This document shows, piece by piece, positions 1 to 10,112 of a stretch of DNA of 64,000 nucleotides. The stretch lies in contig CAWDSK010000002.1 in assembly GCA_963804995.1 (NCBI GenBank), positions 448,001 to 512,000 on the forward strand, given 5' to 3'. Position 1 is the stretch's first letter. Each line of letters starts with the position of its first letter. The position numbers and the translations under genes are program-made. The notes under the pieces were generated by a model, which worked only from the letters and a program-made list of their open reading frames with translations, had not been told where the DNA came from and made no database searches. The stretch comes from an uncultured Acidobacteriota bacterium (lineage in GTDB: Bacteria; Acidobacteriota; Terriglobia; UBA7540).

Positions 1-23
1 AAACCAAAACGACCCACCACGTG

Positions 24-1643
24 TTACAGGCTCGAAAGGGCCGCGAGGGCGCTTTCGATTTCTGGCGGATTCCACCACACCGGCACACTGAGGTCCGTCG
101 CGACGGCGTGGGCGGAATTATACCCGCAAAGTCCCGTAACGTTGCCCCCAGGATGAGTCGAGCCACCGCACAAATAAAGCCCGCCGATCGGCGTGCGGTA
201 CTGGCCCGCCCCCAGAAACGGCCGGTTGTACCCTACCTGGTTATTATCAAAGGATCCGACCAGCAAATCGCCACTCTGCATGTTGGGTAGAGTTCGTTCC
301 GTGTCGAGCGGGGAACGCGTAAAGGAATCGATAATGGTCTTGCCTTGCAAGTTGGGTGCGAATCGCGACCAGAGGCGGAGCATCATTTCTCCATGGCGAT
401 CCTTTATTGAATCCCACTTTTGGGCCGAGCCTTGTACCGCGTAGGGCAGCTTCTCCCACATAAAAGCCGTGTGTTTGCCGGGAGGCGCCTGGGTGGGATC
501 GAACAGCGTGGGACAGGCTCCCCACATCACGGTGGGGGGAATCTGGCCCTCTTGGTGCGCCGCTGCTATCTCCTCAAACTGCATAAACCTTTCGAGCCCC
601 AGGATAACCATGAAAGCCTTATTCAACTCTGGCCGCTGTTTGGCAGCCTTGTATTGAGGGGGCTCTGCCAGCGCGACGTTCAAGGCGAAGAGGGGGGCGA
701 GCAGGTTGTATTGAAATCCCGCCGCCTGCTTGAGAACCTGACGCGGGACAACCTCAGCATTCATCAACTGCGCGAACGTCTGTTGCGGATTCAGTCCGGA
801 GGCCACAAATCCGGAGGCCATGATCCTCTCGCCGCTCTTCAGTTCTACGCCCACGGCTTTCCCCTGGCGGACCAGGATGGCTTTGGGCTCAACCTTGGTC
901 ACGATTTCGCCGCCGTGCTCCTGGATATCGGCCACGAGGGCCTGAGCGAGTTTTACGGAGCCGCCCTTGCACATCTGCGCCATATGCTGTCCGGCGAGCA
1001 GCGCGGGAATGCTGTGGCCAAAGCCCTGGAGGTTCAGGTCGACTTCCCGCAGGCCATTGAAGAAGAGCAGCCCTGCGCGGATCACGTCGTTTTGGAATTT
1101 CTGCTCGACGAACTCCAAAGGCGAGAGCGCCGATACCGCCAGGAGCTTCTGCCCCAGGGGAGACCGGTTGAGAAGTTCGCGCCGGCGCTCCGGAGGAAGC
1201 GGGAAGGATTGCGCTTCGGGCAAAAGGATTTTTTCCACTATGGGCCGGAAGTCCTCCACCCACTGGCGCAAAGTAGCCGCATCTTTCTTTGAAAACTCCG
1301 CAAAGGATTCAAACGTCCTTTCGATCGTTGTCCACCATTCCAGCACGCGCCCGTCGGCCAGAATCAAAGCCACGTTCAATTCCGGCTCAAGATAGTCCGC
1401 GCCGTGCCGGGCGAGCTCTAAATCCCGATACCAGGGCATGGCGGTGAGAGCCCGGTGAAAAAAGGAGTGGGTGTTGTGCCAAAATCCCGGGAAACGAGGA
1501 TTCTCGATGGTCGCCAAGCCACCCCCGGGGACATCAGCCCGGTCGAGAGCGAGAACCCGCAAGCCGCTGCGACACAGGTAGGCCTGCATCACCAGCGCGT
1601 TGTGACCGGTGCCTAGAATAATTCCATCGTATTGTTCTTGCAT
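24..1643 (-). CDS. NAD(P)/FAD-dependent oxidoreductase, phytoene dehydrogenase-like family
   Basis: N-terminal Rossmann motif (YDGIILGTGHNAL...DRADVPGGG) and C-terminal YRTPIGGLYLCGGSTHPGGNVTG; start set at ATG 1643. Confidence 0.85.
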   Translation of the reverse strand: MQEQYDGIILGTGHNALVMQAYLCRSGLRVLALDRADVPGGGLATIENPRFPGFWHNTHSFFHRALTAMPWYRDLELARHGADYLEPELNVALILADGRVLEWWTTIERTFESFAEFSKKDAATLRQWVEDFRPIVEKILLPEAQSFPLPPERRRELLNRSPLGQKLLAVSALSPLEFVEQKFQNDVIRAGLLFFNGLREVDLNLQGFGHSIPALLAGQHMAQMCKGGSVKLAQALVADIQEHGGEIVTKVEPKAILVRQGKAVGVELKSGERIMASGFVASGLNPQQTFAQLMNAEVVPRQVLKQAAGFQYNLLAPLFALNVALAEPPQYKAAKQRPELNKAFMVILGLERFMQFEEIAAAHQEGQIPPTVMWGACPTLFDPTQAPPGKHTAFMWEKLPYAVQGSAQKWDSIKDRHGEMMLRLWSRFAPNLQGKTIIDSFTRSPLDTERTLPNMQSGDLLVGSFDNNQVGYNRPFLGAGQYRTPIGGLYLCGGSTHPGGNVTGLCGYNSAHAVATDLSVPVWWNPPEIESALAALSSL

Positions 1644-1893
1644 GGCGTCTCCAGTCGGACCGGAAGGCTGCCGGAAGAAATTCCCTTGCCCCCTCTCCCC
1701 AGCAGCTCCGTTTTCAGGGGTGAAGAGCACCGACCGATTGAGGAGGGACGCTCACCTGCCTTGCCTCTGGCGTACCACCCCGGCTAAACGGGTGCATAAT
1801 AACACTTCTTGCACCTGCAACCTATGGCAACATGCCCTGCGTACAACACCTCCGAAACGTGGCGCATCTCAACAGAAGGTGTGAGGGTTATCC

Positions 1894-2880
1894 ATGAAGC
1901 AGGTCTTGACGCCCGGAGTTCTTCTGCTGCTGACGCTGGCCGCGTGTTCCTGCCTCGGAGCGCAAGCCACCGCTCCGCCCAAGGTGCGCACTAATCCGGC
2001 AGCGCCGGCCACAGGTGCTGCGACGTTTAAGGTGGACGTCAACCTAGTGCTCGTCGAGGTGGGCGTCCACGATGAACAGGGTCACGCCGTTGGAGATTTG
2101 AAGCAGGAAAACTTCAGGGTCTTTGAGGACGGGGCAGAGCAGCAAATTCGCGTCTTCTCCCACGAGGAATTGCCACTGGCGGTAGCGCTGGTCGTCGACA
2201 ACAGCAGCAGCGTCGCCGCGGCAATCAATGAGCTGCGCAGAGGCGTTCTGGATACCCTCGCCCTGCTGAAGCCCCGGGACGAGATGGCCCTGTTCAGCTT
2301 CACGGAAAAACCTGAGATGGAGGAAGGTCTGACGGGGAATCGCGCGGCCATCGCCGAAGACCTTTGGGCCCTCAGCCCCGGCGGCGGAACCAACATCAAC
2401 GATGCCCTGTACGCAGCCGCGGTCTACCTGGGCGGCACGGCGCGCGACCGGCGCCACGCTATCATTATGGTTTCTGACAATGAACCCTCGGAGGAAGGCT
2501 CGCACGATCTGCACCAGGTGGTGCGAGCCTCCCTGGATTCCGGGACTCCGATTTACAGCATCAAGGTGGGATACCTGCAACACACTCATCGGTTCTTTCT
2601 GACGCATTCGGAAGCGGCCCTGCGGGATGTGGAGAAGATCTGCCGGGAAAGCGGCGGCACGGTGGTCGAACCGGCGCGCGGAAGCTCTGTGACCGTATCG
2701 ATGAAAACCATCCTCACCTGGCTCCAGCAAGGCTACACGCTCGGCTATAGCAGCACCAATCCGCACCAGGACGGCGCCTACAGGACCATCGAGGTCCGCC
2801 TCACTGAACACGGCAAGACCTCCACGAAGAATCACACCGTCTACGCGCGGCAGGGCTATTACGCGCCCGTGGCGCAGTAA
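1894..2880 (+). CDS. Secreted VWA domain protein (acidobacterial type)
   Basis: Signal peptide, FKVDVNLV lead-in, MIDAS-like DNSSS, GGTNINDAL, C-terminal YARQGYYAP. Confidence 0.85.
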   Translation: MKQVLTPGVLLLLTLAACSCLGAQATAPPKVRTNPAAPATGAATFKVDVNLVLVEVGVHDEQGHAVGDLKQENFRVFEDGAEQQIRVFSHEELPLAVALVVDNSSSVAAAINELRRGVLDTLALLKPRDEMALFSFTEKPEMEEGLTGNRAAIAEDLWALSPGGGTNINDALYAAAVYLGGTARDRRHAIIMVSDNEPSEEGSHDLHQVVRASLDSGTPIYSIKVGYLQHTHRFFLTHSEAALRDVEKICRESGGTVVEPARGSSVTVSMKTILTWLQQGYTLGYSSTNPHQDGAYRTIEVRLTEHGKTSTKNHTVYARQGYYAPVAQ

Positions 2881-2985
2881 GACACAGCCTCGGCTTGGAA
2901 GTGCGCGACGAAGTTCCGGACGGTCCGTGCTCAAGAACGTTCCTGCCGCAGGCGCCGGCCGTGAACCTGAACAAACAGGGCATCC

Positions 2986-3014
2986 TTGATGGATTATTGA
3001 ACGTCAGATATTAT
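2986..3014 (+). promoter_or_regulatory. Putative sigma70 promoter of msrPQ
   Basis: TTGATG-17 bp-TATTAT about 100 bp upstream of msrP. Confidence 0.4.
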
Positions 3015-3120
3015 TAGGATGCAGGGGTGAAACCAAATTTGAAGTGTGTGCGACTGGGCGCGGGTTGAGGGACCGTCGAACCAAATGCCGAACCGCTTCC
3101 GGGACTGGCGAAGGTGAACC

Positions 3121-4083
3121 ATGTTGATTAAGAAGAGCGAGCAGATTCGTTCATCGGAGGTCACTCCGCAATGGCTTTATGTGAACCGGCGCAAATTCCT
3201 GACGGGCGCGCTGGGACTGACGGCGGGGGCGCTGGTGGGGCGGGCTTTGAAAGAGGTGGCGTGGCCTGCTGAGAGTGTCAGGGCAGAAGGCAAACTGAAC
3301 GTGGCCCTGAAGAGTCCTTTCAGCACGAACGAGCCGATGACGTCCTTTAACAACGTCACTCATTACAACAACTTTTACGAGTTTGGCGTGCAGAAGGAAG
3401 ACCCCGCCAAAAACGCGCAAAAGTTTCGCACTTCCCCCTGGACCGTCAAAGTAGGTGGGTTGGTGGAGAAGCCTCGTACCTTCTCCGTCGAGGAGCTCCA
3501 AAAACTGGCCCCGCTCGAGGAGCGCATTTACCGTCACCGGTGTGTTGAGGCCTGGTCGATCGTGGTACCGTGGATCGGCTTCTCCTTCAACGCGCTGCTG
3601 AAAGAGGTAGTGCCCAAGCCCGACGCAAAATTTGTGGCGTTTCAAAGTTATTACGACATGGGGCAAATGCCCCTGGGGCGGTACGCGGGCATAGAGCTCC
3701 CTTACGTCGAGGGCCTGCGGCTGGACGAAGCCATGCACCCGCTGGCGCTACTTTGCTTCGGCATGTACGGGCAGACGCTGCCCAACCAGGATGGCGCGCC
3801 CGTGCGCATGGTGCTGCCATGGAAGTACGGGTTCAAAAGCATCAAGTCGCTGGTGAAGATTGAGTTGGTAAAGAAGCAGCCTCCCGCCACCTGGAACATC
3901 ACTAATTCCCAGGAGTACGGATTTTATTCAAACGTCAATCCCAACGTTGACCACCCCCGTTGGAGCCAGGCCAAGGAGCGCCGCCTGGGTGAGTTTTTGC
4001 GGCGCCCCACACTGATGTTCAACGGGTATGCCGACCAGGTGGCATCCTTATACGCCGGCATGGACCTAAAGAAAAACTTCTGA
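3121..4083 (+). CDS. msrP: Protein-methionine-sulfoxide reductase catalytic subunit MsrP
   Basis: Tat signal NRRKFL, YNNFYEFG, RHRCVEAWS, PWKYGFKSIKS, HPRWSQA. Confidence 0.96.
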   Translation: MLIKKSEQIRSSEVTPQWLYVNRRKFLTGALGLTAGALVGRALKEVAWPAESVRAEGKLNVALKSPFSTNEPMTSFNNVTHYNNFYEFGVQKEDPAKNAQKFRTSPWTVKVGGLVEKPRTFSVEELQKLAPLEERIYRHRCVEAWSIVVPWIGFSFNALLKEVVPKPDAKFVAFQSYYDMGQMPLGRYAGIELPYVEGLRLDEAMHPLALLCFGMYGQTLPNQDGAPVRMVLPWKYGFKSIKSLVKIELVKKQPPATWNITNSQEYGFYSNVNPNVDHPRWSQAKERRLGEFLRRPTLMFNGYADQVASLYAGMDLKKNF

Positions 4084-4088
4084 ACGGG

Positions 4089-4745
4089 GTGCGCTTGAGA
4101 AAAGTTCTCGCCAGCAAGTGGACCAAGCTGCCGGTCTTCCTATTGTGCCTGGGCCCGGTGGGCGAGCTTGCCTGGCGGGCGTTCCACCACGATCTGACCG
4201 CTAATCCCATCGAGTTCATCACGCACCTGACAGGGGATTGGACGCTGATCTTCGTCGTCATCACACTGGCGGTGACCCCGGCGCGCAAGCTGCTCCGCCT
4301 GCCGGAGCTCATTCGCTTTCGCCGCATGCTGGGCCTGTTCGCATTTTTCTACGGGCTGCTGCACTTCAGCACCTGGATTGGGCTCGACAAATTCTTCGAT
4401 TGGACGGAAATGCTGCACGACGTGCGCAAGCGGCCATTCATCACGGCGGGCTTCACTGGTTTTGCGTTGATGATTCCCCTCGCCTTTACTTCCACTGCAG
4501 GCTGGATTCGCCGCCTGGGAGGCAAGCGCTGGCTGGCTTTGCACCGGCTCATCTATGTCACGGCCATGGCGGGCGTGGTCCACTACTACTGGCTGGTCAA
4601 GTCGGATGTTCGCAAGCCGCTGTTCTACGGTGCGCTGGTGGCGCTGCTCTTCGCCCTGCGAATTGGATTCTGGTTGGTCGCGCGGCGCGCGAGGCCGGCG
4701 GGCAAGGCGATTCAATCAAATCTCATCACGGCCGAGACCGCTTGA
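4089..4745 (+). CDS. msrQ: Heme-binding membrane subunit MsrQ
   Basis: Directly follows msrP; RRMLGLFAFFY..LH, W..LHRLIY, VHYYW. Confidence 0.95.
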   Translation: MRLRKVLASKWTKLPVFLLCLGPVGELAWRAFHHDLTANPIEFITHLTGDWTLIFVVITLAVTPARKLLRLPELIRFRRMLGLFAFFYGLLHFSTWIGLDKFFDWTEMLHDVRKRPFITAGFTGFALMIPLAFTSTAGWIRRLGGKRWLALHRLIYVTAMAGVVHYYWLVKSDVRKPLFYGALVALLFALRIGFWLVARRARPAGKAIQSNLITAETA

Positions 4746-4759
4746 CGCGAGTAGCGCAG

Positions 4760-5362
4760 CTAAACCGTAGATTGTGGCGCGGCCACTTTCCGCGCCTCCT
4801 GGCGGGTGAAGAGGATGCGGTGAATGACGGTGACGTTCGAGAGCACGGCGATCAACCAGAGCACGGGAGCCATGCGATCAAAGAGCGCCCCAATGATGAT
4901 CAGCACCACGCGCTCCGGGCGCTCCAGGAAACCTACTTTGCAGGTAGGGATCAGATTTTCGGCACGGGCGCGCGTGTAACTGACCATGACGGAGCCAATC
5001 ATGGCGACGGCGACCAGTGACACATAGAAGTAGCGGTTGATGCGGCCGTAATAAGTGAGCAGCCCGATCAGGAGGCAGAGGTCGGAGTAGCGGTCCATGA
5101 CCGAATCGTAGAAGCCGCCGAAGGGAGTGACGCGGTTGATCAGGCGGGCCACGCGGCCGTCGGTCATATCAAAAATGCCGGCCAGGACAATCGTGGCGCC
5201 GGCCCATCGGAAATAACCGTACGCGAACAGGTACGCCGCCAGGCAATTGATGGTGAAACCGATGAAGGTGAGGAAATTGGGGTTGATGCCCGTTGCGGCA
5301 AATCCCCGAACAATGGCGTCCAGGACGGATCGAAGTGTGTCGCCGATCTTTCGGGTCACCAT
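4760..5362 (-). CDS. CDP-alcohol phosphatidyltransferase family protein
   Basis: Signature DMTDGRVAR...GGFYDSVMDRYSD. Confidence 0.92.
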   Translation of the reverse strand: MVTRKIGDTLRSVLDAIVRGFAATGINPNFLTFIGFTINCLAAYLFAYGYFRWAGATIVLAGIFDMTDGRVARLINRVTPFGGFYDSVMDRYSDLCLLIGLLTYYGRINRYFYVSLVAVAMIGSVMVSYTRARAENLIPTCKVGFLERPERVVLIIIGALFDRMAPVLWLIAVLSNVTVIHRILFTRQEARKVAAPQSTV

Positions 5363-5414
5363 GAGGAATCACCGCGCGCGCGGGCGGCGGGCGCTCGCAC
5401 TCGAGGAGACCATT

Positions 5415-5885
5415 CTACACCTGTTCGTGGATGGTTTGGACGGTGCGGATTTCGAATTCGCGGGAGCCGTTGGGCGTCGTCACTTTGACCGTGTCACCCA
5501 TTTTCTTGCCCATCAGACTGCGGCCAATGGGTGAGGTTGTAGAAATCAGCCCCTTGCTGACGTCAGTTTCTTCACTGGTCACCAATCGGTATTCCACCTG
5601 CGCATCGCGGTCGACGTCGTAAAGGACCACTCTGGATCCGAAGGCGATGCGGTCCTTGGGAATGTTGTTCATGTTGATCAGGGAAAGGTCCGCGAGGCGC
5701 TTCTTGAGCTGTGCCAGGCGCGCGCCCACGATATCCTGGCGCTGCTTGGCCATGATGAATTCGGCGTTTTCACTCAAGTCACCCATGGCCCGCGCACGTT
5801 TCAATTCCTTCGGGAGTTCGTGATTGAGCTCGTGCTCGAGCGCTTGGATTTCTTCTTGCAGTTTTTGGACGACGGATGACGCCAT
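5415..5885 (-). CDS. greA: Transcription elongation factor GreA
   Basis: ARAMGDLSENAEF, ISTTSPIGRSLMGK; start set at ATG 5885. Confidence 0.92.
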   Translation of the reverse strand: MASSVVQKLQEEIQALEHELNHELPKELKRARAMGDLSENAEFIMAKQRQDIVGARLAQLKKRLADLSLINMNNIPKDRIAFGSRVVLYDVDRDAQVEYRLVTSEETDVSKGLISTTSPIGRSLMGKKMGDTVKVTTPNGSREFEIRTVQTIHEQV

Positions 5886-5918
5886 AGCGTTGATCCTTAC
5901 TTTTGTGAGCCCTCGACC

Positions 5919-5948
5919 ATTATAGGTGAAACGGACAGATTGGTGCAA
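5919..5948 (-). promoter_or_regulatory. Putative sigma70 promoter of greA
   Basis: Minus strand TTGCAC-18 bp-TATAAT. Confidence 0.55.
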
Positions 5949-6059
5949 CGGAAGGAAGGCCAGGGGGTGCGCGACATAAATGTAACGCTCTGGGCTGGCT
6001 CTTTTTTTGTCGCTTATATCCTAACGTATATGATACGTTAGGATAGAGGAGGCCTTAAC

Positions 6060-6464
6060 ATGCCCCAATCCCTTGACGTCCTGGAGAACCAACGGGCGGA
6101 GTTGATCCGCCAGATCGCCCAACTGGGTGACCTCCGCAGTGGTTCGATCACCAGCATTACCGCCCGCTGCGGCAAGTCCAACTGTCACTGTCATCAGCCC
6201 CATCATCCCGGCCACGGCCCTAACTTCCGGCTCACTTACAAGGTGCAGGGCCGGACCGTCAGCGAAACCTTCCCCAGCCCTGCCGCCCGGCACCAGGCGG
6301 AACGACAGATTGCCGAGTTCCGCAGGTTTCAACAACTGCGCCGGGCCTTCGTGGAGGTGAACGAAAAAATCTGCCGTCAGCGCCCCCTCCCCCAGGAGGC
6401 CGAAGCGGCGGAGCAGGAAAAAAAACGGCGGAAGCCATTCAGCGGGAAGTGGCGCGAGAAGTAG
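6060..6464 (+). CDS. IS accessory protein, DUF6788-like
   Basis: RSGSIT....RCGKSNCHC......GHGP motif; overlaps the transposase start. Confidence 0.8.
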   Translation: MPQSLDVLENQRAELIRQIAQLGDLRSGSITSITARCGKSNCHCHQPHHPGHGPNFRLTYKVQGRTVSETFPSPAARHQAERQIAEFRRFQQLRRAFVEVNEKICRQRPLPQEAEAAEQEKKRRKPFSGKWREK

Positions 6465-7777
6465 AGTCCCTGCTGGCGGTGATCTTTGCTGGGCGGCGCA
6501 AGTCCGGGACGCTGGATTTGGAAGCCGTCGAGATGGCCACACGCGCGGCCATGCACCGGGCGGGGGCGGCGGTGCTGGAGGAGTTGCTGGCCGCCCCGGA
6601 CGAGTGCCCTCGCCAAGTTCCCTGCGGCTGTGGTCGGGGGGCCCCCTACCGCGGCAGGCGTCGGAAGCAACTGCTGACCGTGCTGGGGCGGGTCGAGACC
6701 GAGCGTCCCTATTACGTTTGTCCGGCCTGTCACCGGGGACAGAGTCCCCGCGATCAGGAACTGGATGTGGAGGGCACGGAATATTCTCCTGGGGTGCGAC
6801 GGATGATGGCGGTGGTGGGCAGCGAAACCTCCTTTGCGCTCGGTTGAGAACAACTGCAACTGCTGGCCGGGTTGGAGGTGACCACCAAGGCCGTGGAACG
6901 GCAGGCAGAGGCTCTGGGCGCCGAGATTGCTGCCCAGGAACAAGCCTCGATCCAGCAAGGCCTGCAACGGAACTTGCCGCAGGTGAGGGGACCGGAAATT
7001 CCGGTACTCTATGTGGAGATGGATGGGACGGGAGTACCGGTGGTGAGTTCGGAAACCGAGGGTCGAGCGGGGAAACAGAGCGAGCAAGCGCGCCCGCGGG
7101 AAGTGAAATTAGGTTGTGTCTTCGCCCAGACGACACGGGATGCCCGGGGCCGACCGGCGCGCGAAGAAGGCTCCACCACCTACACGGGAGGCATCGAAAC
7201 GGCCGAGGTTTTTGGGCGACGCATCTACCTCGAAGCATATCGTCGGGGCTGGAACCGGGCCCAAAAGAAAGTGGTGATCGGCGATGGTGCTCCTTGGATT
7301 TGGAACCTCACCGCCGAGCACTTTCCGGGAGCCATTCAGATTGTGGATCTTTATCATGCCCGACAGCACTTATGGGAGCTGTCGGGCCAGCTCTGGCCCA
7401 CCGACGAGCGCCACCGCCGAAGGTGGACCAGAAAACGGGAGGAGAAGTTGGAGAGCGGGCGGATCGAATCCCTAGTGCGCGATTTGCGCTCGCTGTTCCC
7501 AGCCACGCCCGAAGCCGCCGAACTCTTGCGCCACGCGGCAGATTATTTTACCGTCAACGCCCAACGGATGCGCTATCCGACCTTTCGGCGTCAGCATCTG
7601 TTCGTAGGTTCCGGGGTCGTCGAAGCCGGCTGCAAAACCCTCATCGGCACTCGGCTGAAGCGCTCCGGTATGTTCTGGAGGGTCCGCGGGGCCAATGCCA
7701 TCATCGCCCTTCGCTGCCATCGCTTGAGCGGCAAATTCGAGGATTACTGGGAGAACCGTCGCCCCCGCGCGGCCTGA
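6449..7777 (+). pseudogene. ISKra4-family transposase with an in-frame TGA at 6845-6847
   Basis: ORFs 6449-6847 and 6872-7777 share a frame and read SFALG*EQLQLLAGLEVTTKAVER; motifs DGTG, GDGAPWIW, DLYHA, GSGVVEAGCK. Confidence 0.88.
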
Positions 7778-7812
7778 CCCACACAGATTTGTCGCACACC
7801 CAAGGCCAGGGT

Positions 7813-9057
7813 CTAAGTTGAACTCTTGCCTTGCCGCGGAGGGGAAACCGCATAAATGGCAATGGCGCCGAGGATTCCTGCCGTAGTGATGATGCCCCAG
7901 GCAAGATTATAACTGTGGGTGGCTTCGAAAATCCGGCCCGCCAGCATGGGCCCAAACCACTGGCCCAGCGAATCAGCCATGATGATAAGGCCCAGGAGTT
8001 TCCCGAGCGCCACGAGTCCAAAGCAATCCGCCGTGACCAGCGGTATCAGCATGTAATCGGCGCCCATGGCGAAGCCGAATATCACCGCGAAAGACCAGAG
8101 CGCTACGGGCTTGCTCGCCAGGAAAAGCAGAGGAATCGAGCAAGCGAGAACCATGTAGAAGAGCGCCATCAGATTCTTCTTGCTGAAGCGATCGGCGAAA
8201 TATCCCACCGCGATCCTTCCTGCCAGTCCCGCAAATAGCAGGCCACTGGCCACGCGCGAGGCCTCAATCGTGGTATACCCGGTGTCGCGAAGGAAGAGCA
8301 CGAATTGTTGAATCACGGTTCCGATGGCGCCGATAATCAGCGTGCTGCCCGTAAGGATGAGCCAGAAATTTGCCGTACGCACCGCGCCGCCCAAGCCGAC
8401 CGAGGGCAACACGGCCGTGGCCGCCTGGGTGGCCGCAGAATCACCGCCGTCCGGGGTGAGCCCCATGTCGCCGGGCGTCGAGCGCGTCAACCACTTGGCC
8501 ACAGGGAAGAGAACCGCCAGAATCATGACCCCGGTAATCATGAAGGCGTGCCGCCAGCCGAACCATTTCACCAGGTGGGCGGCCAGCACCGGCGCCGCCA
8601 CCCCTCCGAGGCCGAGGCCCAGGTAGGAGTAGCCCATGGCGCGGCCACGCTTGGCTCGAAACCAGTTTGCAACCAGCACCTGATTGGGGACTGGCCCGGT
8701 GAGGATGTAGCCAAAGACCTCCAGGATGCACAGCACGTAGTAGTGAGAGAGCCGTGTCATCCAGCCCATCAAGATCAACGGCAGCGACACGAGAAAAATC
8801 CCCAGTAGTAGGACGCGACGCGCTCCAAAGCGGTCAATGACCGCGCCCATCAGCGCGAAAACGGGGGAGAGCAGTACATAGCCGAAAAGGATTCCCTCCG
8901 TCACCTGGCTGCGCGTGAAATGCAGGGAATCCACCAGCGATGGGTAGTAGACGGGCAATCCATAGAAAACGATTCCTACGGCGAAGAACAGGTTCAGGAA
9001 GGTTGCGAGAACAACCCACCAGCCATAGAAAACCCGGGTTGGTTCAGTTTGGTTCAT
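7813..9057 (-). CDS. MFS transporter
   Basis: About 12 TM segments; motif A GAVIDRFGARR and GYFADRFSKK. Confidence 0.92.
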   Translation of the reverse strand: MNQTEPTRVFYGWWVVLATFLNLFFAVGIVFYGLPVYYPSLVDSLHFTRSQVTEGILFGYVLLSPVFALMGAVIDRFGARRVLLLGIFLVSLPLILMGWMTRLSHYYVLCILEVFGYILTGPVPNQVLVANWFRAKRGRAMGYSYLGLGLGGVAAPVLAAHLVKWFGWRHAFMITGVMILAVLFPVAKWLTRSTPGDMGLTPDGGDSAATQAATAVLPSVGLGGAVRTANFWLILTGSTLIIGAIGTVIQQFVLFLRDTGYTTIEASRVASGLLFAGLAGRIAVGYFADRFSKKNLMALFYMVLACSIPLLFLASKPVALWSFAVIFGFAMGADYMLIPLVTADCFGLVALGKLLGLIIMADSLGQWFGPMLAGRIFEATHSYNLAWGIITTAGILGAIAIYAVSPPRQGKSST

Positions 9058-9106
9058 GTGAGAAATTTCTGCCCCGATATCTTAGTGCGCGGCCGGGAAC
9101 GACCCC

Positions 9107-9949
9107 CTAACCGAACTCGGGGCCCAGGATCGCACACTGGAGTTCCGGCCGCCCCGGAAAATCATTACGACCGCGATACATGCGAGTCAGGGGGCGCGCG
9201 TACTCAAACCCATACTCGGCGAGCAGATTCATGGCCCAGGGACTTGGCCTCATGCCATCAACAAATACCAGCTCCCGGCGCGATCGCCGCAGAAACTCGT
9301 CGAGCATGCTGCGCGCTGCGGCTCCATCCTGCGCTACCCAGGGGCCCAAATGGTCCGCCCGCGAACCCTTGCGTCCGAAGGCATACCCAGTAAGCCTTCC
9401 CTGGCTGCGCGCCTCGAGCACGAACTCCGGAGCGTCTTGAGCCACCGACCGCAACAGCTCACGACGGTCCGCGCCGAAAATCTCATGGTCGAGCGCCAAG
9501 GCGTCTTCCAGATGCATCGCGCCAGTTTCTGCCACAGCCTCCGGAGCCGCTGGCCTCTTGAGCAACCAGCGTTCAATTTCGTATTCGCTCACGAACCCGA
9601 GCTTCTCGTAAATCGGCTTGCCTTGCGGGGTCGCGTCGAGCTTCATGCTGGGGATGCCGCAGGCGTCCAAATACTCAATGGTCTTCTCCAGCAGTTTCGT
9701 GCCGATGCCCTGACCGCGCGTCACGGAGTCCACCAGCACCATTCCAATCCAGGCAAAGCGGGCTTCATAAACAATGGTCGTCGCCGTCCCCATGACCCGG
9801 CCCTCCACCTCTGCAACAAAGCAACCCTCGGGGCCGGCGCGAAGAAACCTTTCCCAGTCTCCCCGGGTCTGATTCCACCCGGCAATTTCCTTAAGGCGCA
9901 TGCCGTCGGGAATGTCGGCGGCGGTCATCACACGGAGGTGGCAGGTCAT
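9107..9949 (-). CDS. GNAT N-acetyltransferase (YitH-like, two domains)
   Basis: RGQGIGTKL acetyl-CoA motif, LDATPQGKPIYEKLGF. Confidence 0.88.
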   Translation of the reverse strand: MTCHLRVMTAADIPDGMRLKEIAGWNQTRGDWERFLRAGPEGCFVAEVEGRVMGTATTIVYEARFAWIGMVLVDSVTRGQGIGTKLLEKTIEYLDACGIPSMKLDATPQGKPIYEKLGFVSEYEIERWLLKRPAAPEAVAETGAMHLEDALALDHEIFGADRRELLRSVAQDAPEFVLEARSQGRLTGYAFGRKGSRADHLGPWVAQDGAAARSMLDEFLRRSRRELVFVDGMRPSPWAMNLLAEYGFEYARPLTRMYRGRNDFPGRPELQCAILGPEFG

Positions 9950-10112
9950 CCTTAGGGTTCCTTGCAACTCGCGGGAACGGCAGAGTGACGGGTGAGTCTA
10001 CTCGATTTGACTGAAGGTGAGAATAGCGAAGTTTTAGGGGGCACAACGAGTTTTTTGGTGGGATATTGCGAGCGCAGAGGCCCTGCGGTAAACTTTCCTG
10101 CTGGAGGTCAAA

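Larger units (their letters stand above)
5965..7801 (+). mobile_element. ISKra4-family insertion sequence, 1837 bp
   Basis: Imperfect 19-bp TIRs (GGGTGCGCGACATAAATGT vs GGGTGTGCGACAAATCTGT, 15/19); 9-bp TSD AAGGCCAGG at 5956-5964 and 7802-7810. Confidence 0.92.

Noticed and set aside
6845..6847. Selenocysteine or programmed readthrough at the transposase TGA
   Set aside because: The position is not a Cys/catalytic site and no convincing SECIS-like hairpin was recognised; a point nonsense change is simpler.
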